Part shown: one piece after another, positions 54,526-64,000 of the stretch
How the letters are laid out: every line of letters begins with the position of its first letter
How positions within the stretch are numbered: position 1 is the first letter of the stretch
NCBI RefSeq assembly: GCF_006345805.1
Contig: NC_043002.1
Location: 105,648,001 to 105,712,000 of the forward strand
Source: Octopus sinensis
Lineage: Eukaryota
Direction: 5' to 3'
Length of the DNA: 64,000 nucleotides
Program-made: the position numbers and the translations under genes
The notes under the pieces: generated by a model
What the model was told of the DNA's origin: nothing
What the model saw: only the letters and a program-made list of their open reading frames with translations
Database searches by the model: none

Positions 54526-55860
54526 GTATAAATATATATATAAACACAAAGATATATATATATATTTATATATATGTATACACACATATATGCGTGTATA
54601 TATATACATATATACATACATATATGTATATATATATATGCATATATGTATGCATGCATACATACATACATACATACATACATACATACATACATACATA
54701 CATACACTCATATTCTATGTGTTTATCTCTGTGTGTTCGTATATTGATATACTACATATGTATAAATTCTAGTAGATTTTTACTGATGACAAGTTTTCCA
54801 TTTTTTTTTTTTTTCCTGTTGCTGTATTGTAATATTGTAATATATCATTACCGTTTGATGTTGACTGAACGTAATACAAATTATGTTCTCTTTTACGAGC
54901 TTTTTCATGTTTTCGGCTTTTGTTTTTTTTTCTTTTCTTTTTGGGTTTTCTTTTGTGTTTCTGTTTTCTGCAGTTTCATAATTCTAGATTGTTTTATTAG
55001 TTTTATGTTATCAAAAAGCCATAAACAGATCACAACATGTGCGATATCTAATCATGAGCTAACACTAATAACATATGAATGAAATACAAGAATTAAAACC
55101 TCATCATTCCGAAACTAAAAGACTGTATTCCATGGAATATACTTCACATGACCATTATGATATATACCCATATAATAAGGTAAGTGGAGAGCAATCACCT
55201 TGTCGTACACATGGTGAAAATAAGAATTAAATTTCTCTCAGATCATGCTCTAATGTATTTAAAGAAATCGGACACAGTAGCCAATGTTGATAATTGGTAA
55301 GCAACAGAATGTTCACACTTGAAAATTTTTTTGATCATAAGTCTCCTCGTTCAGGGCAGTCTTGTGGCTAAACAACAAAGAATTGTGAGGCAACTATGAC
55401 AGTTCCAAGCATGTAAAGTCGGACTCGGCATGTTGTATCAGACACACATACTGTCGTTGAGTTTACAACAAGGATCTGTTGCAGCCCTGTCGAACACAAA
55501 AATAAAAGTAGACAGAAAAATGCGGCTTGATAACACAGCCACCATATTTAGGATTCTCAACAAATTTTAGAAGTTCCATTCGTGGTAAAAATACAAAGGA
55601 AAAATTTACACAGAAATTACTACATCCAAGTAACAAACCAGAACAGAGTATAATTGCTAAAAGTCAGTTGAAATTAATAGTTAAAAATTGGAATCTGGTG
55701 ATGAAGTGATATTTCCATGATGTTGCTACTCTTTATGAAAAGCATTAACAAACGCTAACAGCAACAGTAACATGAGGATGAACTCGAGAAAATTTTGACA
55801 GACCAAAGAACATATGCACGTATGTGTACACATACACACACACACACACACACACCACAC

Positions 55861-55899
<39 letters not shown>

Positions 55900-56141
55900 T
55901 ATATAACTAGAGTGGTGCTCTTAGGCTCCACAAGGTAAATAACGCAGAATTCTGTGTCCTATCACAATCTCCAAGTTAAGTTGGAGACCAAGGTTGCCTT
56001 TTGGTGTTAATACTGCTTTTGTCGCTTCTAATTATTTTTTCAATAAGACCACTGGCTGCTGGTGTTACCAGTGCCTGAATAGACACTGATTTTCTATATA
56101 TATTGTTGACGCGAGATTCGGATTTTATATCGCTAATGGAT

Positions 56142-56292
56142 ATTCCGCCGAGGTCGACTTTGCCTTTCATCCTTTCGGGATCGATAAATAAAGTACCAAT
56201 TTCGCACTGGGGTCGATGTCATCGACTTACTCCCTTTGAATGTCCTTGTTTGTCCCCTCTATGTTTAGCCCCTTGTGGGTAGTAAAGAAATA
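56142..56292 (+). mobile_element. 5'-truncated SINE family A with TSD
   Basis: 16-bp TSD TATATCGCTAATGGAT at 56126-56141 and 56293-56308. Confidence 0.88.
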
Positions 56293-56547
56293 TATATCGC
56301 TAATGGATGTCTGTCACTGAGCTCAAATCAAGGCGAAATCACAGGATCTGATAGTTTCCAGCGTCCGTAGCAGACGGTCCACATTGTCAACGATAAAAAT
56401 ACGAGTGCTTTTACGCACCATGAGTCCATATGAGATATCCTATCAAGACAAATGACACAATCTTCGTGTTAAGATTAAGATTAAGGATTACCTTTTGATA
56501 TTAATACTGCTTCCGTCATTGTTAATTGCGTGTGTGATTGTTCCGTT

Positions 56548-58210
56548 TTATTTCAAGATTTCTTGCCAATAGAGCAAAAGCCGGTTTCTAACATAGATTG
56601 AAGGATCCTTCTTTGGAATTTCAACATCAACAACAGGATACTTTTATTTATTTGTATGTATGCATGTATGTATGTATGCATGTGTATGTGCAGATTTATA
56701 CGTTTTGTTTTATGTATGTATTTCATGCATATAGTTGCATGTCTAGACATGCTCATTTATATCTAAATGATAAACTTCTGGAAAGTTTTACAGTTGTTTA
56801 CAGTTGCAGTGATGGATTGAATTTGTAGTCTTCGAATTAGCTTTATCCAGTCTGCTTTTGTAGAAGCCTAATTTCTCAAGATTGGTATTTAGGCAGTCTG
56901 TTACATATCCCAGTGCCTCAATAATTACAGATATAAACCTGAACTTGTAATCTGAATAGAGTAACTGCAGATTTCTCAATAGTTCAGCATAGGTATTCTC
57001 TCTTTCATTGATCTTCAGCTTTATGTTAGCATCCGCTGGACAGCTAATTTCCACAACTGTACACAGTTTCTCTTCTCTATCTCAAACCATCATATCAGGT
57101 CTGTTGTGCTTACATTTTATTGAGGTTTTCACTGGGACATTCCACCAGAACTCCTTTTTATTATGAGTTGCTATGGCTTCTACCATACTGTGGGTTCTTA
57201 TTTCTTTGTCCTCGGGTTATCCTTCCGACGGATTTCATAATAGAATGTCAGAACTACAACATCATGTCTCATCGGAGAATAATGCCGCGATGACATTTTC
57301 GGATACCTGCTTATGATGTGGGTGATATCTTCAGTGTGAACTCCACAAAGTCTGCATCGGTTGTCATATTTTACTGTATTTCCTGCATCTCTATCCCTTT
57401 TGTGGATCAGATACTCGGTTGATATTTCCTGTTCCTGGATTGCAAACGCATACCCTGGGAGTTGAAGGTAGTAATCCGGCTATAAACTGATAAACTGCTT
57501 TGATGATCGATGTTACTATCATCACGGAGCTTTCTAGTGACATATCCATGCATAATCTTCTGCTCATATAGGCTCATTCTTTCATCTGATGATAAATTGC
57601 GGTAGAGTCGTGCGACTTCTGTGGGCATGTATTCTAGATTATCAGACAAAGACTGTTGATGAAGGAGTTGCCTTCCAAGTCTTATGATGTTATTAGCTTC
57701 ATGTATGCAAACTTAGTCAAGAGATGCACTTCGACAATTAGTGGTTAAAAGATGTTGCTGAAGGGATATGATGCGACATTCAACGGCATTTTGGATCGAT
57801 CTTAAGCCTCTGCCGCCAAACTCTAACCCCACATACTTTGAGAATGTTGTAACTAGGTCAAAGCTCTTTTTCATCTTTGCATAAAGTTTTAAGTCATCCG
57901 CAAAGAAACAGTGAGTAATTTTGGTATTTCTGTTTCCTCGTGAACCAGTGAGATATCCTTCAGATTTCTTTAACATGAATGACAAAGGGTTTACAGAAAA
58001 TACAAAGAACAGCACAGAGAGGCTGTCTCCTTGGAGTATGCCTTTGCGATACTGTATTCTATCGGTGATAATACATTCACTCTTTGTGCTTAATTTCAAA
58101 ATGGTGGCCCACGATGAAGTCATGTCAGCTATGGCTTTGACTATGCTCACTGGAACTTTAGCAAGTTGAAGGGCTTCTAGCATCCATGAGTAAGGAACAG
58201 AGTCAAAGGC
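56548..58210 (-). mobile_element. R4/Dong-clade LINE (RT + CCHC + REL + 3' UTR), 5'-truncated with internal deletion
   Basis: AFDSVPYSW, KGILQGDSLSVLFFVFSVNPLS, THCFFADDLKLYA joined directly to GGRGL, CRLCGVHTEDITHI, HNRPDMMV, VVEISCPAD. Confidence 0.92.
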
Positions 58211-58457
58211 TGGGGAACTGTCGTGCAGGGTTTTTGTCGATTAAATCGATTCCAGGACTTATTTTTAAGCCTGGTTCTTATTTCATCGAGCTCTTACGCC
58301 AAGAGTTAAACTACTGACGTAAACAAGCTGACAGCAGTTGTCAAGCGATTGTAGGGGAGAAACAGAAAGAGAAAGACAAACACATTGTAACTACATGCGG
58401 TTTGTTGGCGATTTTTTTCTCCGTCTTCCATTTCTTTTGGACTTTCTTCTGCTTTCT

Positions 58458-58492
58458 CTTTCTGAAGAAGTTCTTTGCTCGAAACGTAAAAC
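58458..58492 (+). ncRNA. Degenerate minimal hammerhead motif
   Basis: UUU-CUGAAGA-A-GUUCUUUGCUC-GAAAC-GUA-AAA; core intact, stem II broken. Confidence 0.45.
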
Positions 58493-58556
58493 ACCCTTTC
58501 TTTCTTTCCTTGAGCGTCTTATATCTTGTTGGTTTTTCAGTTATTTTGTTTTTTAT

Positions 58557-58606
<50 letters not shown>

Positions 58607-58674
58607 TATGGACTCCGTGTGGGCAGTCATCTAAAAGTTTTTGTTCGTCATGATGCTGACATAAGTTCCCTGTC

Positions 58675-58755
58675 TTTCCTGATGAGAAGACGGCATAATG
58701 CACCCGTTATTCCTTCGGAATTAAGAATATGCAGTCTTCGAAACATGTGTCGAGA
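58675..58755 (+). ncRNA. Type I hammerhead ribozyme motif, canonical core
   Basis: UUUC-CUGAUGA-GAAGAC...GUCUUC-GAAA-CAUGU-GUC-GAGA; perfect 6-bp stem II base with G10.1-C11.1, GUC triplet, followed by AATAAA; sits in an island of about 200 bp between TA/TC microsatellites. Confidence 0.78.
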
Positions 58756-58801
58756 ATAAAGGAATTTTGTTAAATCGTCGTCCGACTCCATTCTTTCATT
58801 T

Positions 58802-58926
<125 letters not shown>

Positions 58927-58965
58927 ATATATATTATATATTATATATATATGAATGTACGTAGG

Positions 58966-59115
58966 ACGGGCTTCTTTCAGCTTCGGTTGACCAAATCCAC
59001 TTCCAAGGTTTGGGTAGGCCCCAGATTATAGTAGAATAATCTTGCTTAAGGTGCTACGCATTAGGAGTGAACCCGGAATAATGTGGTTGGGAAGCAAACT
59101 TCTCCCCCCACAGCC
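58966..59115 (-). mobile_element. SINE family B head fragment
   Basis: Reverse complement of the family B head (GGATTTGGTCAACCGAAGCTGAAAGAAGCCCGTC). Confidence 0.65.
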
Positions 59116-59493
59116 ACATATGTATGCAAGTACATGTGTATGTGTGTGTATGCGCGCGTATGTACATGTGTGTGTGTGTATGTATACCAGGGTAAAGACT
59201 GACATAAATGACCATGGGATTGCACCTTTAAAGTTCCCCTCCGAGGCACAAGTGTGGGCAAAGTGCTTTGTGGAAGCCCAGCAGTTGACCACCGTGCATA
59301 CCAGTTTCCCTTCTCCGTGCCAACGCAGTTGTCCAAGGGAAAGACAAATGCCGATACGCTTTGGCAACATTGACGCCGCAGCTCATTTCTACAGCTGAGT
59401 GAACCGGAGTAACGTGAAAATAGTCAAGTCCGGAAGTCGAACTAACAACTTCATGACTGTAAGCCCAACGCTCTAATTACTGAGCAATGTGTG

Positions 59494-59986
59494 AATTTAC
59501 ACATCTAACTTAACTTAAGCACGTTGTTTTGAATCGTCTAGAGAAATCTTCTCATTTAGACGTTAAGTGCTAGAAAAGCATAGATTATATTGGCAGACGA
59601 AACTGCGTCAGCACCGGAAGATGCGACTGCTGTGTCACGTGATTTCAGCATAATTTGCGCTTCATCAGCAACAGACATCCTACTCATGGATGTCAGATGG
59701 AAAACCACGCCGACTTTTTGCGATATCACTGCTTAGCTGGTGTTAAACTATAGCGGTTTGGCGGCGTTTTGATCTGGCATTTGGTGGTACGGCGTTAATG
59801 ATGGAGCGCAAATTACGATGGAATCACGTGACACAACAATCCCATCTGCTGGTGCTAACAAAATTTCGCATGCCAATGTAATGTGTTTTTTTTTTGTTTT
59901 TTTTTTAGCAGTTAACGTCTATACAAGATGACTTCACCGTAGCTTACGGCGTTTAAAACAACACATCTAAGTTGGATGCGTAAATT
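59494..59986. mobile_element. Imperfect fold-back palindrome of about 490 bp (MITE-like)
   Basis: AATTTACACATCTAACTTA / TAAGTTGGATGCGTAAATT ends; TGTGTCACGTGATTTCAGCATAATTTGCGCTTCATCA pairs with TGATGGAGCGCAAATTACGATGGAATCACGTGACACA. Confidence 0.7.
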
Positions 59987-60389
59987 AATATTTGTTACAA
60001 AGGCTGCTTCCGCCGCTAATAGCTAATTTCTACACACACACGCACACACACACACATCTCTCTTTCTCTCTCCCTGTTTCTCCCTCTAGATTTATATATA
60101 TATATATAAATCACACACACACAAATTATACAGCACTATTAGAGTAGACTTGCCTCGATTCTGGACGAATTTAGACTTGTTCTATGTAGCCCATGTGTCT
60201 ATACCCCCACCACACATATTCATGTATAATTGCTTGTGTATGTGTGCGTACGCGTGTAAATATATATATATATACACTCATATATTTATGTATATATGTG
60301 TGTGTGTGTGTGTGTATGTATATATGTATATATATGGATACATATATATATATATATATATATACATATATGAATATATATATATATAC

Positions 60390-60423
<34 letters not shown>

Positions 60424-60512
60424 ATATATACAGTTATATATGTACGTACATGCATACATACATAAACTCTTATATACAGCTATTCATATTTATGCTACAT
60501 GCAAATATTTTT

Positions 60513-60570
<58 letters not shown>

Positions 60571-61040
60571 TATTCTCTCTTCTTAATCACTGTCTCCCTT
60601 TCTCTCATTCACTCTCTCTCTCTGACTATTTTCCTCATTCTCGCTCTGTCCAACGATCTGTCTGTAGCTTTGTGTGTCCATACATACAATGAATATATGA
60701 CATCCTATTAAAACACACAGTTAAAAAATAGATTTAAGAACTGTGGTGCAAGGTCAGTGTGAAGTGGGATAGCATTTCCTACAGAAACCTTTATATTGAC
60801 AGGAAACTAATTGGAAGACGTATGACCTGCAATTTCAGGAAAGGTCATATTTTCGGTTCCAGCATTCTTTGGCTTTTGTTCAGTAACATACATATATTCG
60901 TTTTTACATATACACACACAGATACACACTTCCCCAGCCAACGCCATACGCTCATAAGTCTCAAACGAACACCACACTACCACACATTTATATGTAGGAT
61001 TGTGTATATGTATATACATATATAAATGGAGTATACACAT

Positions 61041-61072
<32 letters not shown>

Positions 61073-62244
61073 GTATGTGTGCGCGCGCGTGTGTGTGTGT
61101 GGATGTATGGTAGGGTAAGTTGGTATATATGTGTGTAAGGTAAGTATATATCTAGAAAGTGTCTTCCTCCCTTTTCAAAAGGAATGAATTATTTTCATAC
61201 GCAAGCATATGCACACGTACATACATACATACATAATACATACATACACGCATACATATATACGTGCTTACCTACATGCGTACACACATATGCGTGACCA
61301 TGGATATATATATATATATATATATAGACATATATATATGTGTGTGTGTGTGTGTGTCTATATATACGACTAGATGTATATGTTGATATACAGTCATATT
61401 CATATATGGTGTGGATACATTTATATAATCACATACTTATATATTCATATAAAAATATATAACCGTTTGCCAGTTTATACTTACGGCGCATAAATCTTTC
61501 GTATAATAGAATGTAACTAAACACCTTTGAAGTATGTGAATTGAGGCAAACGTACGTTCACAGACACATACACATACACACAGATATGTACATAGATAGA
61601 CAGATATGTGCACGAAAATTGTCAAGCGTCACTGGCAAGCGAGTATAACATTGTAACGTGTAACACGGTTTCGCTAATTGTGTTAGACGTGTATGTATCG
61701 GCAACAGACATAGACCCACTTTCGGCCGTCATTCCATTGACCCAGTGGAACATTTAGGTGGTTACAGCTCCAGGGAGAGCCGTCTGCGCCAGCACTTATT
61801 TGGTATTCAGTTAAAACGGGGTAGATTGGAGTAACACGAAAAGCTTGCCTTGCTCAAGGATACACGCGCCGCCCTGGCCTGGAAACGAATATCTCCATGT
61901 GGTTAAAAGAGATACATACATGCATATGTGCATGTATGCATACATATCTATCTATCTGTCTCTCAATCTATCTATATTATATATTATATCATATACAGTC
62001 ACCCGTTTTTAAGGTTAATGCACTGAGCTCACGGCATTTCTCTCTCTATCTCTCTCGTTCTCTTTCTTTATACATATGTGTATGTGTGTGTGTGTACATA
62101 TATATATATATATATATACGCATACATACATACTTGTGTGTGTGAGTGTATATATTTATAAAACTGTATTTACATAGGATGGCTGCTTCTTTAAGACGTG
62201 GACGTATTTGTTTTCCGTATTTACCCAGTCTTAATTATACAGTG

Positions 62245-62246
62245 TA

Positions 62247-62298
<52 letters not shown>

Positions 62299-62419
62299 GC
62301 ATGTATGTATGTATGTATGTATGTATGTATGTATGTATGTATGTATGTATGTATGTATACATATATACATATATATATATATATATGTATGTATATATGT
62401 ATGTATTATGTATGCATAC

Positions 62420-62476
<57 letters not shown>

Positions 62477-62491
62477 ATATAAATATATATA

Positions 62492-62532
<41 letters not shown>

Positions 62533-62610
62533 TATATATGTATGTATGTATGTATGTATTATGTATACATATATATATATATGTATGTATATATGTATGT
62601 ATTATGTATG

Positions 62611-62664
<54 letters not shown>

Positions 62665-62666
62665 CA

Positions 62667-62697
<31 letters not shown>

Positions 62698-62700
62698 GTG

Positions 62701-62740
<40 letters not shown>

Positions 62741-62762
62741 GTGTGTGTGTGTGCGTGTGTGT
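62245..62762. repeat. (TA)n/(TATG)n/(TG)n microsatellite field
   Basis: Direct observation. Confidence 0.95.
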
Positions 62763-63368
62763 TCTTTTATTTTCTCTTTATTCTACCTTTCTCGTTCCCA
62801 TGAAGGACGTATGCGCGAAACATTTTCATTTCTCTGAGAGTTAAACAAATAGCAATCACTCTTATCTCGCCTCTTTTTCTTTACAAGATATACATACCTA
62901 CATTCATAAATACACGCACACGCCGCCAACATATTCATATGCACAGAAAATATAGAGTGGGAAATAATATTGGGTATGCATATGGCTATAAACGTAAATA
63001 TGTATGTATGTAAGTATATTTTTATCTATATGCTTGTATTCAAAAATCTCTGTGTGTGCGCGCGCGCGAGTGTGTGCGCGCGCGCGAGTGTGTGCGTGTG
63101 CGTGCGTGCTTGTGTGTGTGTGTGTATGTGTGTACACTGTAGCGATCTGTTGTCGTGTTACGCTTTTAGAAGCCAGTCTTTTGCTTTTCATTAGAATCCA
63201 TAACGAAAAACCAACACAAACCATTTTATATGCATGTAGTTTCAATAGTACCAGTAATTCCACTGGAGCACTGCAGTTCATTATGTTCAAAACTGTAATC
63301 GAATGACACATTTCGGATTACATTTGCCGTAAGAATTTAAAATCTAGTCTAGTTAATGTGGTCATCAC

Positions 63369-63580
63369 GAGGTGGCCTGCTGGCAGAATGGTTACCGCGT
63401 TGGGGAAATTGCTTTGGAGAATCTCCTCTGTCTTTTACGTCCTGAGTTCAAATTCCGCCGAATTCGACTTTGCCGTTTATCCGTTCGGGGTCGATAAGTA
63501 TCAGTCGAACACTTGAATCGATGTAAACGACTTATCCCTCTCCCTCGATATTCCTGTCCTTGTGCGAAAAATTGAAACCT
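63369..63580 (+). mobile_element. SINE family A, old copy
   Basis: GCTGGCAGAA head, CTGAGTTCAAATTCCGCCGA, TTCGGGGTCGATAA. Confidence 0.7.
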
Positions 63581-63719
63581 AGATAAGGTAATCATCAAGG
63601 GGTTAAATGTAGAGATCCTCTATGACGTTTATCTATGACAGCGAAAACATAACAGCGAAAAAAAAATATGAGCTACTCATATCAAGCAAACATCGTCGCC
63701 ATTCTCTTCCACTTCACTT

Positions 63720-64000
63720 TAATCAAATTTATATTTAAAAAAACCTCTAAAATTTTGGGTTTCTCCAACACAGAGAACTTCTCACAATTAAGACGCGACC
63801 TTCCCTTCAGAGTCAGAAAATGTTGCAGTCTCCCAATAATTATTGATATCTTGCAAAGATGAGGCAAGGCCCACAATGGGATATTACAATGTTATCTGGA
63901 AGGATGCTGTTGCAGTGCAGAGAAACGTCCTTGACTGCACCCAGGAAAGTGCCACCCGACTGACTGACAAAAAGTACTCCCAGATACGAGCCAGATTCTT
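63720..64000 (+). mobile_element. Possible CR1/Jockey-group LINE RT C-terminal remnant
   Basis: ARPTMGYYNVIWKDAVAVQRNVLDCTQESATRL resembles VRPxLEYCSxIW...LDxIQRxATRL. Confidence 0.5.

Noticed and set aside
54372-55082. Longest ORF (236 aa) and the many YI/CV/TH/poly-amino-acid ORFs
   Set aside because: They are translations of (TA)n, (TG)n, (TACA)n or trinucleotide repeats that lack stops; no coding signal

Overview
This is AT-rich, repeat-saturated eukaryotic DNA, intergenic or intronic, and most likely from an octopus (inferred from the recognisable SINE families and microsatellite landscape). I can support no intact host gene; nearly all listed ORFs are microsatellite read-throughs. The window is a mosaic of tRNA-derived SINEs (at least four families) and decayed non-LTR retrotransposons (R4/Dong-like, Tx1/L1, RTE, CR1-like, Penelope). 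It also holds Tc1/mariner and hAT remnants, a fossil Helitron Rep-helicase split by a mariner, two non-autonomous Helitrons, and several near-identical tandem duplications that break inside microsatellites. The most notable signal is RNA-level: hammerhead ribozyme (HHR) motifs from several unrelated families. One family (3 copies) joins a tRNA-like Pol III head to a minimal Penelope-type hammerhead and inserts as a fold-back, with target-site duplications visible at two copies, so it is a candidate ribozyme-bearing SINE mobilised by Penelope-like RT. A 4-unit SINE concatemer lies inside a single 18-bp target-site duplication, and the tail of that SINE matches a separate LINE-like 3' end in the window. 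Coordinates of decayed elements are approximate.
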